Positions 26,041 through 41,189 of a stretch of DNA of 64,000 nucleotides are shown here, one piece after another. The stretch comes from Octopus sinensis (lineage: Eukaryota). The stretch's first letter is position 1. Each line of letters opens with the position of its first letter. Location: NCBI RefSeq assembly GCF_006345805.1, contig NC_043020.1:6324001-6388000 (forward strand), written 5' to 3'. The translations under genes were made by a program, and so were the position numbers. Below the pieces are notes generated by a model, which was not told the DNA's origin, did no database searches, and saw only the letters and a program-made list of their open reading frames with translations.

Positions 26041-26460
26041 TGTTAAATATGATGATGATGATGATGTTGATGATGATAAAAAGAAGCACCTGTGCTGGTG
26101 CCACATAAAATACACTCAGTACACACTGTAAAGTGGTTGGTGTTAGGAAGGGCATCTAGCCATAGAAATCATACCAGAACATATAATTGGACCCTGGTAC
26201 AGTTTTCTGGTTTGCCAGCTCCTATCAAACCATTCAACCCACACCAGAGATTAAAGGATGTTGATATGTAACACCCTACTTCTCATACAATCTACATTTC
26301 ACAATCCCAGCATATCTTCTACATTCAGTAACCTAGATATCATACAACGTAACATCCTGCTCTGCTTTCTCACGTACATCACACAGCCTACTTTTCAGAG
26401 TCCTCGCAGATAATTTACATTAATAACCCACCACAACAGTTTTCTTGCTCAGTTTGGAAA

Positions 26461-26862
26461 TCTTTATATATAAAAGAGAGGTTGTGGTGCTGTCTGTCTC
26501 CTACGATTTAGATTCCTAACTACTCCCACATTTTGCGGTGCAGTTTAACCAAAACCGGGTATCTTATAGTCGTGATTCATATCGAGCCCTTCTGGGTATT
26601 AGCGCGCGTCTACGATGAGTCTAAGATTTTTAAAAAAATTTACCATCAATTTTTCCCATTTTTTAATGCATTTTTGGCATATATAAGGGAAGTAACTCTC
26701 TAAAAATTTATTATTAAATCTCAGAATGTAAAAAGCTACAGTAACACCCCCCCCCCGCTTGTGGTTAGCCATATTGAGATGGCTATTATACTTTACTTCT
26801 CTAAAAATGCTTATATAGTTATTTCCCTTACAAACCCAAGCAACGCCGGGCGATACTGCTAG
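26461..26862 (+). mobile_element. Non-autonomous Helitron-type element
   Basis: Starts A|TC, ends CTAG|T with a GC-rich subterminal motif (gcaacgccgggcgatactg); no TSD. Confidence 0.7.
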
Positions 26863-26930
26863 TATTGAAATAAAAGGGCCAGAAGCCAAAACAGATTTGA
26901 AATTCTGATCAGCTGAATTTCTCCACTTAC

Positions 26931-27002
26931 CATTTCAGCAATGGGCGACTTTTTCTTCATTTGTTTTTCAACTTCCAACTGCATGTGTGCCATGGTGCTT
27001 GC
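26931..27002 (-). CDS. SCHIP1: SCHIP1 exon (ASTMAHMQLEVEKQMKKKSPIAEM)
   Basis: ccatttag acceptor, ATG|gtaagt donor, 72 nt, phase 0/0. Matches SCHIP1 [20 protein letters not shown]. Not in the ORF track. Confidence 0.93.
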
Positions 27003-27211
27003 CTAAATGGAAAGACACAACAAAATTACTTTATCATGGGAAGGGGACACCAATAAGGTGCAGGCCTTAAACATAACACACTGTGTCATCATGTTGATGG
27101 TAATATGTATCATAACTGTGATGACACTGACCTTAATTTGGAGGGAACAGATCCAAGTGAGTATTAAAGAGGCCTAACTGAGGGAAGAGTTGTTCACATA
27201 AGTGTTGAGGA

Positions 27212-27629
27212 GGATCTTTTCGGTTTGAACGGCAGTTTTTTAAAATAATTTCCACGTAACGAAACACTTTTAAACTTCGTATACTGGTAGAATGTGTTTA
27301 TGAAACATCTTTTTCTCTTGGCTTTATTGAGAAAATTCTATAGTTTGTAAGATATTTGTTGTTTTTTTTCTTCAGTTTCTGCAATTTCAACCAATCACTG
27401 ACGTCTATTGAGGTAAAAACCATTCTGTGCTGTATGAATATGTCCCTCGTTTAAGAAACAGATTGGGTTTATTTACATTTGAGAAGAAAAAAAGATACCC
27501 TTCCCCCCACCTCTAACCCTAACCCTAAAACAGATTGAAATGCAATAGATCGATACTAGGGTCATAATTATGGGTGACAATTTCATATGACACCGCTAGA
27601 AAAAACTGCCGTTCAAACCGAAAAAATCC
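27212..27629 (+). mobile_element. MITE with about 29-bp TIRs
   Basis: ggatcttttcggtttgaacggcagttttt / aaaaactgccgttcaaaccgaaaaaatcc. Confidence 0.85.
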
Positions 27630-27891
27630 ATTAAGGGACCACAGCTGAAGGGGGTCTTTAAGGTTACATGCTTCTTAAGGTTGATCACATGATTGTTAAG
27701 ATCACCCACATGGTTGTTAATATTGCCCACAATGTGTCAGGGTAGCCTCGGTGAAGGGGCAAATTGACCCACATGCATCTAAAGTTATCCCACCTTTGTA
27801 TTAACATGATGTCTTAGCAGAGAGTTCAGTCAACCCACCTAAAACGTCAATGTGCCCCATCTAAAAAAAGGGGCAGGTAGGGTTAACTCAC

Positions 27892-28050
27892 CTGAGCAAG
27901 AGCTAATTTGGCCTCTTCTTGTAACTGGGCCTGTTTTTTGAAGAAGTCTTCTTCTTCGCTCTCGGCATCCACTTTCTTCCTGGGAGGTTTTGGGGGAGCA
28001 ACTTGCTGCATGTTGTGGTCCCTGAGATGCCTGGACCAGTTGGACTTCAG
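27892..28050 (-). CDS. SCHIP1: SCHIP1 exon (LKSNWSRH...EEEDFFKKQAQLQEEAKLALAQ)
   Basis: ttccag acceptor, CAG|gtgagt donor, 159 nt, phase 0/0. Matches SCHIP1 DFLTRQKKLQAEAKMALA. Confidence 0.93.
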
Positions 28051-28111
28051 CTGGAAAGAACCAAAAAAAAAAACGATAACAATAGTTGAAGAAAAAAACA
28101 AACAAAAAGTA

Positions 28112-28495
28112 ATAGTGGCTGTGTGGTAAGTAGCTTGTTTACCAACCACATGGTTCCGGGTTCAGTCCCACTGCGTGGCACCTTGGGCAGGTGTCTTCTA
28201 CTATAGCCTCGGGCACACCAAAGCCTTGTGAATGGATTTGGTAGACGGAAACTGAAAGAAGCCTGTCGTATATATATATATGCGTGTGTGTGTGTCTGTG
28301 TTTGTCCCCCTAGCATTGCTTGACAACCGATGCTGGTGTGTTTACGTCCCCGTCACTTAGCGGTTCGGCAAAAGAGACCGATAGAATAAGTACTGGGCTT
28401 ACAAAGAATAAGTCCCGGGGTCGATTTGCTCGACTAAAGGCGGTGCTCCAGCATGGCCGCAGTCAAATGACTGAAACAAGTAAAAGAGAGAAAAG
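28112..28495 (+). mobile_element. SINE family A, about 60 nt from a SCHIP1 acceptor
   Basis: Family A consensus. Confidence 0.9.
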
Positions 28496-28714
28496 AGAAA
28501 TTAAATACAAGAGCAGATTCAGATTTGAACTTGGCAGGATTTGAACACAGAACCTGAGGAGGTGGAACAGATACACAAATACAAGACAATTTAATAATTC
28601 TGCCAATTCACCACCCTTTAATTTCTTACATAGGAACTTGGAATTTGGATGGGATAGTCAATGAAATATGTGTGTGTGTGTCTTTTTTTTTTTCTATGTC
28701 TTCCCTTCTCCTAT

Positions 28715-28749
28715 GTTTCCGACGAAGAGCTCCGCTCGAAACGTTAAAC
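28715..28749 (+). ncRNA. Minimal type I hammerhead-like motif (Penelope-like pLTR remnant 28690-28860)
   Basis: GUUU-CCGACGA-A-GAGCuccGCUC-GAA-ACGU-U-AAAC. Confidence 0.55.
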
Positions 28750-28929
28750 CCTCCTTCTTTCCTGAGCGTCCAATAATACTATATTTGTTCCACGTCCTCG
28801 CGTTGTTGTGTTTTTTTTTTGTGCTTTCTTGTTTGGATTAACTTTATATATACACATACATACACAACAGGGGGGATGAAGAATTCCTAGCTTTAAGGGT
28901 ATCGTGAAAAGCTTGGTTGGAGGCCCAAC

Positions 28930-29060
28930 CGTCTGACTTCTTTTGCAGGGATTAGAAAAACTGAAGGACCACTGCAATAAGTGTGTGAATTTGAGAGGAA
29001 AATATGTTGAATAAAATCATAATTAACTGATTCTCCTGGATTTTCTTTTAACCAAAGCCA
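28930..29060 (+). mobile_element. Mariner C-terminal/right-end remnant
   Basis: GLEKLKDHCNKCVNLRGKYVE*. Confidence 0.6.
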
Positions 29061-29399
29061 GGAACTTTTCAGCACCACAACTGACCATTATCTGGTGGCC
29101 CTTGCAGTGTTTTGCAGATCCACACCATTTGCAAGGGTTTTAGAGCCTGGTTCCCTGTATAAGGATAATTTCTTCTGAGAAATCTTGAGGCTCTTAAAGG
29201 GTTCATTATGAGTGCTAAGCTTCTGTTTATATATGAAGTGATTCAAAAATTCTTTTTGAAAAGGGAAAGGGGGCCACTATATGGTCTTGGCCTCACAGAA
29301 ATAGCAACCAAATCTCCTGCAAATTGTCTTGAAAAACAAAGGACACATTGGGAAATATTGATCAAGGGATATACAACAACAACAACAGCAACAACAGCA

Positions 29400-29745
29400 A
29401 GTGGAAGAGGAATGGCCCAATGGTTAGGGCAGTGGACTCACGGTCGGAAGATCGCGGTTTTGATTCCCAGACCAGGCATTGTGTGTGTGTTTATTGAGTG
29501 AAAACACCTAAAGCTCCACGAGGCCCCAGCAGGGGGTGGTGGCGACCCCTGTTGTACTCTTTCTCCCCAACTTTCTCTCACTTTTTCTTCCTGTTTCTTG
29601 TCCCCGACTTCCTACGCAACCACTGAGCCTGGATGCGCATTCATCCATCCATCCATCGATGCTCTCGGTGTCGGGGAGTTGACCTGCTTTCTCTTCTGCG
29701 GGTCTTACGAATAGCAAAGGACCACGTTTCAGACTTCTCCCACTA
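29400..29745 (+). mobile_element. SINE family C head with a different 3' body
   Basis: First about 180 nt match family C, then the sequence diverges. Confidence 0.7.
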
Positions 29746-29839
29746 CAGCTGGGACGAAGGCCGCTTCACTCAACAAACAAACAAACAAACAAACAAACAG
29801 CAATAACAACAACAGCAACAATTAATGGATCTTCCTTAC

Positions 29840-30115
29840 ATCGGAGAAATTCCTGTAACTCGATGAACTGGGCAACTTTTGTTGGGTAGCCACATTTTCG
29901 ATGGAGGCAGATGCTGGTTCTGTTGGACCAACATCGGCTTCGCCAGGATTGGCGGTAGGGGCTTTCTCGCTCATAAAGCATAGTTGCAGATTCATCCCAG
30001 TCGAATAACGCGACTGCGCGTTGGCTTTCTTGTAGAGACGGTCGGTGTTGTAGAGGTCTTCGTCCCCTCCCATGGCCAACTTACGACGAATTTCTTCCCG
30101 ATCATTGCAGTGTGA
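29840..30115 (-). CDS. SCHIP1: SCHIP1 exon (SHCNDREEIRRKLAMGGDEDLYNTDRLYKKANAQSRYSTGMNLQLCFMSE...YRNFSD)
   Basis: Polypyrimidine tract plus tttccag acceptor, gtaagg donor, 276 nt, phase 0/0. EEIRRKLAMG and GMNLQLCF match SCHIP1 ESIRQKLALG and GMNLQICF. Confidence 0.92.
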
Positions 30116-30213
30116 CTGGAAACAAAAAAGAGAGAAAGAAAAAGGAGTTTAGTGAGGAATACATATCGGAAGGAACATAAGACAGTTTCAATCATTAGTC
30201 CTCAATTGTCAGT

Positions 30214-30480
30214 CACCATTTGTCAACAACAACTCACAATTTGTCAATCATTACTCACAATTTGTCAATCATCACTCGCAATTTGTCAATCATCACTCAC
30301 AATTTATCAATCAGCACTCACAATTTGTCAATCAGCACTCATAATTTGTCAATCATCACTCATAATTTGTCAATCATCACTCAATTTTTCTATCACAAGT
30401 TGTTATTTGTCAATCATCACTCACAATTTGTCTATCATAAGTCACCATTTGTCAATTATCAGTCATTTCTCAATCGTCAT
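30214..30480. repeat. 21-bp minisatellite (caatttgtcaatcatcactca), about 10 units
   Basis: Direct reading of the sequence. Confidence 0.9.
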
Positions 30481-30491
30481 CATCATCTTAA

Positions 30492-30711
30492 CCCTTTGGC
30501 ATTTAAACAGGCCATATCAGACTCAATATTCTATCCATTTTAATTTCAAATTACCAGATCCAGCCTCTCACACCTACCCTACAACATCCTTCTAAAAAAA
30601 AACCAATCACATCATCAAAATCTTGAAGCTGCAACATAATGAATGATTAATTAAAAACAATGAGAATAAATAACTCATTACATCTGACAGAATAATCTAA
30701 ATGCTAAGAGG
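30492..30711 (+). mobile_element. piggyBac-type MITE
   Basis: TTAA flanks on both sides; ccctttggcattt...aatgctaagagg ends. Confidence 0.7.
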
Positions 30712-31059
30712 TTAAAGTCCACTTTTTACCAAGCTTACATGGGTCAGATGGAATTTGTTGAGGCAGATTTTATACAACCAGATGCCCTTCCTGTCACCAA
30801 CCTTTACCTGTTTTCAAGCAAGGTAATGTTTCCCCATGACTGGACATGCTTTTACAGGAGATTAGAAACGAGGGCTCAGTTTGTATGATGGTGACACTTA
30901 TTTATAACTCTCTTGTGATGTCAAAACAACACACATACACACACACACACACACAAACTATCCTGTGATGTCAAAATATACACGAGTTTTACATGAGCTA
31001 CTTTAAGTTTTATGCTTGGACAGTACAGTAATCAGAAGCACTCATATAGTGAACCAGGC

Positions 31060-31410
31060 AAAGTCAACCTCAACAGAATTTGAATTCAGAACATAAAGGT
31101 GGATGAAATGCCACTAAGCACTTTGTCTGGCATAACAATTCTACTAGCTTGTGACCTTTGATAGTGTTAATAATAATAATGATGATGATGATGATCCTTT
31201 CTACTATAGGCACAAGGCCTGAAATTTTGAGTAAGGGGACTGGGCGATTACATCGAACTCAGTGTTTCACTGGTGCTTAATTTATTGACCCTGAAAGGAT
31301 GGAAGGCAAAGTGGACCTCTGTAGAATTTGAACTCAGAACATAAAGATGAACAAAATACTGCTAAGCATTTTGTCCATTGTGCTAACATTCTGCCAGCTC
31401 ACCACCTTTG
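31060..31410 (-). mobile_element. SINE family B copies
   Basis: gaatttgaactcagaac / aaggcaaagt motifs. Confidence 0.8.
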
Positions 31411-31461
31411 GCAGTGTTAATAATAATGATGCTAATAATAATAATAATAATAATAATGATA

Positions 31462-31812
31462 ATAAGAGCACTCAGAGAGTGCAAACCTCCACCAAGGCAA
31501 TACCAACGTTCTCTCAACAGTTAGCCAGAGATGATTTTTAAAATGAGAATATCTGAAATAAACTTGACTGCTCTCATAAACGAGAATACTAAAAATGAAC
31601 CTGATTGCTCTCAGAAATTAAGTAAAAAAAACAGGAAATATAATCCAGAATCCTTGTCCAGTACTGGATCAATCTCAAAATCTAATCAGTTTGTGTCAGT
31701 CACGAGGCCAAACATCCCTGAAAGTTTCATCCGAATCCATCCAGCGGTTCTTGAGATATCTTGTCCACAGACAAACATGACTGAAAACAATACCTCCGCC
31801 TTCTCTAAGTTT
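31462..31812 (+). mobile_element. Helentron-associated (HINE/DINE-like) non-autonomous element
   Basis: aacaagagcactcagagagtgcaaacctcc...cagacaaac...aatacctccgcc; 5' piece also at about 24830. Confidence 0.5.
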
Positions 31813-31889
31813 CGATAATGGTTTCAAATTTTGGCACAAGGGCTGCAAGGTGGGGCCATTGGGTAAGTCAATTACATTGACTCGAGTAT

Positions 31890-32287
31890 ACTCTTTACTC
31901 TTTTACTCTTTTATTTGTTTCAGTCATTTGACTGCGGCCATGCTGGAGCACCGCCTTTTAGTCGAGCAAATCAACCCCGGGACTTATTCTTTGTAAGTCC
32001 AGTACTTATTCTATCGGTCTCTTTTGCTGAACCGCTAAGTGACGGGGATGCAAACACACCAGCATCGGTTGTCAAGCAATGCTAGGGGGTCAAACACAGA
32101 CACACATACATATATATATACATATATACGACAGGCTTCTTTCAGTTTCCGTCTACCAAATCCACTCGCAAGGCATTGGTCGGCCCGGGGCTATAGCAGA
32201 AGACACTTGCCCAAGATGCCATGCAGTGGGACTGAACCCGAAACCATGTGGTTGGTAAGCAAGCTACCTACCACACAGCCACTCCTG
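31890..32287 (-). mobile_element. SINE family A
   Basis: Reverse complement of the family A consensus. Confidence 0.9.
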
Positions 32288-32994
32288 GGTATACTGATAT
32301 TTATTTCATCAACCCCGAAAGAATCGAAGACAAAGGTGACCTCAGTGGTATTTGAACTCAGAGTGCAAAGAACTGGAATACACAGCACTAAGCAATTTGT
32401 CCAAAGAACTAACAATTCTGTCAGCTTGCCACCATTCTCTAAGAATAATGACAACAATTCCTTATTTCAAAAATTTTGCAGAAATTTGTTGGAGGGTGGG
32501 GAGGGAGTACAGAGGTTGGAACCAACCCTCAAATCTATTACTGTTTGTTCACTTTATTGTGCACCCTCCCTCCAAAAAGTATTTAAATATTTTTACCATA
32601 TTTCTTCCAACGAGCGAGCGCAACAAACATTGCTGGCATGTCAAAGTAAAATGATAGAAGAGGGTGGCAAAGGGGTAGCAGGGGTAGATAGATAATGTTT
32701 AAGTTGGAATTATTTTGGAAAGTTAATGGCAGTTTTGGGGGGGGGGAGGAAGAGGAAATGAGGTTGTTTTGTTATTTTTTTTGGTTTTTTTGCTTATTTA
32801 AAAGAAAAACTAGGGAAGATGTATGTGAGAAGAGACACACCTCGCAGAAGAGTGGAAGAATTCCAATGAGATGTGCCATCGTCTTAGAGGTGAAGTTTGG
32901 TTGTTGGTGGCACAAACTCACTTTTGAAATGAGATCATTTGTCAGTATGACGTCAATAACTCTGTAATCAACACCACCACTAAACCAGAACCAC

Positions 32995-33420
32995 CGATAA
33001 TAATAATAATAATAGTAGTAGTAGTAGTAGTAGTAGTACTAGTAGTAGTAGTAATAATGATGATGGTAATAATAATAACAATAGTAGTAGTAATAGTAGT
33101 AATAATAATAATAATAATGATGATAATAACAATAATAATAATAGTAGTAGTAGTAGTAGTGATAATAATAATAACAATAGTAATAATAATAATAATAGTA
33201 GTAGTAGTAATAATAATAATAACAATAGTAGTAGTAATAGTAGTAATAATAATAATGATGATAATAATAACAATAGTAGTAGTAATAGTAGTAATAATAA
33301 TAATAATAATATTAGTAATAGTAGTAATAATAATAATGATAATAATAACAATAGTAGTAATAATAATAATGATGATAATAACAATAGTAGTAGTAGTAGT
33401 AGTAGTAATGATAATAATAA
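32995..33420. repeat. (TAA)n/(TAG)n compound microsatellite
   Basis: Direct reading of the sequence. Confidence 0.95.
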
Positions 33421-33760
33421 TTGTTGTATTTCGGAATAATAATAATAATGTGGTAGATAAAGGAAAAAAGGAAACCAAGATGATAGATATTGCAATACCT
33501 GGAGATGCATGCATAAGTGACAAAGAACTAGAAAATACTGGAAAGTAGAGACTACTAAAAGACAGAATTGCAAGAATGTGGACCATGAGGAGAGTGTCTG
33601 TCATTCCAGGAGTTGTTGGGGCACTCGGAACACTAGGAACCAAGTTCTAGAAATATGTGTCAAAGAAATGGGAATTGCCATGAGAGCAGAGCAAGCCCCA
33701 AAAAACAACTGCTCTGCTGGGGACAGCTAGGGTTTTTAGATTGGTACTTGGATGTTGAAT
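33420..33760 (+). mobile_element. R4/Dong-like non-LTR element, restriction-like endonuclease remnant
   Basis: VVDKGKKETKMIDIAIPGD...KELE...RIARMW...VIPGVVGALG resembles the PD..D..K RLE domain. Abuts a long (TAA/TAG)n array. Confidence 0.72.
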
Positions 33761-34106
33761 GTCTCCCACGATAATTAACAACCAAGTATCAAAGCTTTTA
33801 ATGTGACCCTGTGAGACCAATGACAGGGGAAGAGATGCTGTGAGCAGCATCATAACCATTTGTTGAGAGGAATTCTTTGGTGGGGTTGGGTAATTCACCT
33901 TTGGAAACATGGGTGTAGAAAATGAAGGACAGTATATTTTAGATGGAAAAAGAACTTCATCTTAATTTTGAAAAATAAAAGAAGCATAAAAAAAACTGCG
34001 TTGTTTATGGGATGACCCAATATACATCATGAACATAGTCTCTATATATATCGTGAGCATACTGTGTGTATGCATGTATACACACACACACACATATATA
34101 TATATA

Positions 34107-34740
34107 CAAGGCGCAGTGAATAACCTGTCATCTAATTAATGCAAAAATGAAAATAACACTGACATCTCATTTAATAGATATATTTACCAAAATTACATAA
34201 AAATATCTTGAAAAATTAAAGAGTAAATTTATTCAATAAAATCGTCTGGCTTCAACCACAACCTCCAGATGACTTTGGAATCACCTGCAACTCTTCTGGA
34301 CAGTCTCCTTGTTTAAGTTGGTGAATGCTGCCATAATCCTTGCATTTAGATCATCTTTGGTGTTACAAGGAGTTTTGTTGGTCTCTCGCTTAACTGCATC
34401 CCACACATAATAGTCAAGGGGGTTCCAGTCTGGGGAGTTAAGTGGCCAGATGTTAGGGGTCATGTGGATGCAGAAATTGCCAGACGGCCATGACTGGGTT
34501 CTCTTGCTTGTGTGGCATGGTGCAGAGTCCTGTAGCTAGATATAAGGTCTTCCAGCAGCCACCCTCTTGACCCAGGGCAGCACTACCTCCTCCAGACACT
34601 TGATGCAAGCCTCCGTGTTGAGTGTGAGGCTGTGTGGGAAGATGAATGGAGGTGTAAAATCACTATCACTAGTGATCACTCCAGACACCATGATGTTGAC
34701 TGGATGTTTGATTTTTATCACTCTTGGTACATGTCCTCAG
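34107..34740 (-). pseudogene. Tc1/mariner-superfamily (maT-like) transposase C-terminal half
   Basis: NIMVSGVITSD...QDSAPCHTS...WPLNSPDWNPLDYYVW; the end sits in a TA array. Confidence 0.8.
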
Positions 34741-34959
34741 ATTGATACCCTAACACTCTGAAATGTTTGTATTGAAGCTTCCGGCATGAATACCAAGCAG
34801 CACAGCATGTCGTTTCCAAATTTCTGGTAGAGTGAATTGTGTTGTGTTGCTGTTTTTCTCACAGACTGTACCCAACTGACCCTACTATACTGTGTAGTCG
34901 ACAAAATCATAAACAAACAATGCGTGAAATTACAAATATAAAATGGTGACAATTTACCC

Positions 34960-35250
34960 ACTGCACCCTTGCCAGTGGCACATAAAAAGTCCTGTTCAAG
35001 CGTGGTCAATACCAGTGGCACATAAAATGTACCATTCAAGTGTGGTCGATGCCAGTGCCACCTGACTTGTTCATGCCGGTGGCACACGAAAAGCACCCAC
35101 TACACTCTCAGAGTGGTTGGCATTAGGAAGGGCATCCAGCTGTAGAAACTTTGCCAGATCAGACTGGAGCCTGGTGCAGCCTCCTGGCTTGCCAGTCCCC
35201 AGTCAAACCGTCAACCCATGCCAGCAAGGAAAGCAGATGCTAAACAACAA
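34960..35250 (-). mobile_element. Repeat family D
   Basis: Same motifs as 24020-24335. Confidence 0.75.
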
Positions 35251-35292
35251 TGATGATGATGATATATGTGTGTGTGTGTATATACATATATG

Positions 35293-35351
<59 letters not shown>

Positions 35352-35366
35352 ATATGTATATATATA

Positions 35367-35412
<46 letters not shown>

Positions 35413-35865
35413 GAGCATAATCTTCATCTTCAACATTTACATCATTATTGTTTACCCACAGACCTTTGCTCTGATCAAAGGAACTTGAGATAAAAGACAT
35501 TCCAGTTATGACCATTCCATTGCTTTCAAGTATTGTGGAGCCTAGACTACCCGATCCAATGTGGGTCCACTTCTGGCTTTTACATTTTTTTTAACTTTTG
35601 GGGATTTTTTTTCTTAAACGCTCAGGTATAATTTGAGTGACACTTGGCTGCTATTTCTAGCTAACCAAGGAATACAAAGGGGATCTTTTGTTTATTCAAT
35701 CACAGCTGTGGGATATTTGCTGACCTTGCTCGAAAGCACAATGCCTTTAGGGTCCTTCACACACAGTCAGCCCCCATCTCACCCCCACCCAAATATCAAG
35801 AAATTAGGGTTAGGGTTACGCAACCCCATGGAGTTTTGACATGAAGGAAACTTCTTGCAGCTGCA

Positions 35866-35897
<32 letters not shown>

Positions 35898-35922
35898 ATC
35901 TGTAATGTACACCAGTATTACC

Positions 35923-36150
35923 TATTTCTTTACTACCCACAAGGGGCTAAACACAGAGAGGACAAACAAGGACAGACAAACGGATTGAGTCAATTATATC
36001 AACCCCAGTGCATAACTGGTACTTAATTTATCGACCCCGAAAGGATGAAAGGCAAAGTCAACCTCGGCGGAATTTGAACTCACAACGTAACGACAGATGA
36101 AATGCGCCAAGCATTTCGCCCAGCGTGCTAACGGTTCTGCCAGCTCTCCG
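35923..36150 (-). mobile_element. SINE family B with 11-bp TSD
   Basis: TSD ccagtattacc at 35912-35922 and 36151-36161. Confidence 0.88.
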
Positions 36151-36540
36151 CCAGTATTACCACCAGCACCACCACCATCGTCATGGCAACAAACACATAG
36201 CCATGCTTAATAGTACAATACTTCTTTAGTCACATCATCATCATCATCATCATCACTGACTCTGTAACCACATCACCACTGCCACCATCAGCAGCAGCAC
36301 AGTCACAAAAGCCGGATCAATATATATCCAGATCACATGAGTATTGTGTAATACACCTCCACCAACACACACACACACGCATTACATACATACATATACA
36401 TATACATATATATTCACACACACATATATATATACATATATACATATGCATATACTTATATAGATATACATATATACATATGGATAGACAGACAGACAGG
36501 TGGGTGGATGGATGGATGGATAGGTAGGTATGTAGGTAGG

Positions 36541-38900
<2,360 letters not shown>

Positions 38901-38946
38901 AGAGAGAGAGGGAGAGAGAGAGAGCACTGCATATAGATGTGTAAGA

Positions 38947-38986
<40 letters not shown>

Positions 38987-40881
38987 CCACACACACAGAC
39001 GTGTGTGTGCAATGAAATACTTCTCAGCTGATTTCCTCAGAAATAAGCAAAAAAAAATCGTCCTGTTACAGCTGGGTAAAATGACTCCACCACCAACAGT
39101 CACGTGCAGACCCAGAGACAATGCACGAACATACACAGCCTAACACCATTATACGCATACAACACATACACACTGCATTACCAACAGACACGCACACAGA
39201 CACACAAAACAAGCTGCAAGTCACACACATACATACACACACACACGGTAATGTGTTGTAATCACACGCATCACACAGTCATCTCCATTAAACACACACA
39301 CACAACTAATACATATATATCTACACACACACATACACACACCAATTTGTAGCATCCACACACATACATACACACAATCTGCAGTACCCACGCAAACACA
39401 CATACACACACATGAATCTGTGATAACCACACAAATGCACACACACACAAACACACCTACGCAATCAGTAGTTAGCGCACGCACACGCACACACACACCT
39501 TCACTTACACAATCTGTAGTAGCCACAGACAGACACATACATACATACACACACACACACACAGAGAAACACCTACACAACCAGTAGTAAACACATACAC
39601 ACACATAAACCTGCATTTACACACACACATACAAACAAACCTCACTTACACACACATACAAGCCTTCACTTACACACACACACAAACCTTCAGTTACACA
39701 ATCGGGTATAGCCACAGACACACACACACAGAGAAACACCTACACAATCAGTAGTAAACACACACACAGACACACAAACCTTTACACACACAAACCTTCA
39801 TTTACACACACACGCACACACACAAACCTTCACTTACACACACACACACAAACGTTTACTTACACACACACATTCACTTACACACAAGCCTTCACTTACA
39901 CACACATTAATCATAGTAACCATACGCACACATAAAAACCACCTACCCAATCGGCAATGACCACACACACACACACACACCATCTACACACCAACCTGTA
40001 GCAACCAAAGCGCCATTGCAACTACCCTCCCCCCGCCCCACCACCCCCACCTCTTCATCAATCCATCGTCATATGACCAAATCAATAATAGGTTACCATA
40101 ACGAAATGACATTTCTACACAACAACCACAGAACAACAACAGCAACAACAACAAACACAACATCAGGCTGTTACAACCCTTCGTTCTTCTCTTCTTTCTC
40201 CTACACATCTTTCTTCTTTTTCCTTTCCTCGTCCTCTTCATTATTATTATTATTATTATTATCATTGTCGTAATCATTCATTGTCAACATCTTCAAAAAA
40301 AAAGATTCCGTCTCTTGTAACATTGAAACAATAACAAAACATGGGTCACTACCATCACCACATCGGCATTATCATCAATCACCATCAATCATTCATCATC
40401 ATTTAATCATCATCACCATCAATCAACATCATCGTCATAACTATTGTCATCGGTCATCATTAAATATCATCAATCATTGTCATCATCAGTCAATTCTCGT
40501 CGTTACCATTATGATCAATCATCACTCATCAATCGCCAACATCATCGTCATCACCATCACATTACTATTCATCATCAACATCCTTACTCCACCATCTCTT
40601 TCAAACTATAACCAAAACATCATCATCATCACCATCATACCATCCCTGCCACGTTACCACCTCCACCACCACAACCACCGACACATCACTACCACAACCA
40701 CCATTAACCATCATCATCATCTTCACAACAAGCTTATCATTAACCTATACTCACACCATCCATCTTCAAATGTTTTCAAACAATTTTATACATCTACATT
40801 GCAGCTTATTATTTTGTCTGTTTTTGTTATTTTCTCTTCCACCCCAAACACCCACCCTGCCCTCTCTACCCATCATTTTAC

Positions 40882-40941
<60 letters not shown>

Positions 40942-41133
40942 CTATCTATCTATCTGCTGCTGCTGCTATTGCATAAATTGCTATATAAATCCACCCAGAT
41001 ACAATCTCACTGTTCAAAGAGAAAAGCCTAGATTTTAAACTTTCGAAGATAAGAACATTGTCAAAAAACAAAAAATATATGAACCTCAGAGGAATTAAAA
41101 ATAGGGCAATTAAAGAAGAAAGCGGTTAGCGAT

Positions 41134-41187
<54 letters not shown>

Positions 41188-41189
41188 GA

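Noticed and set aside
27510-27530. Telomere-like (CCCTAA)2 motifs (also 6375, 35810, 45800)
   Set aside because: Only 2-3 units, mostly internal to a MITE; not an interstitial telomere.
32039-32695. 218-aa ORF
   Set aside because: Reads through antisense SINE A and SINE B sequence.
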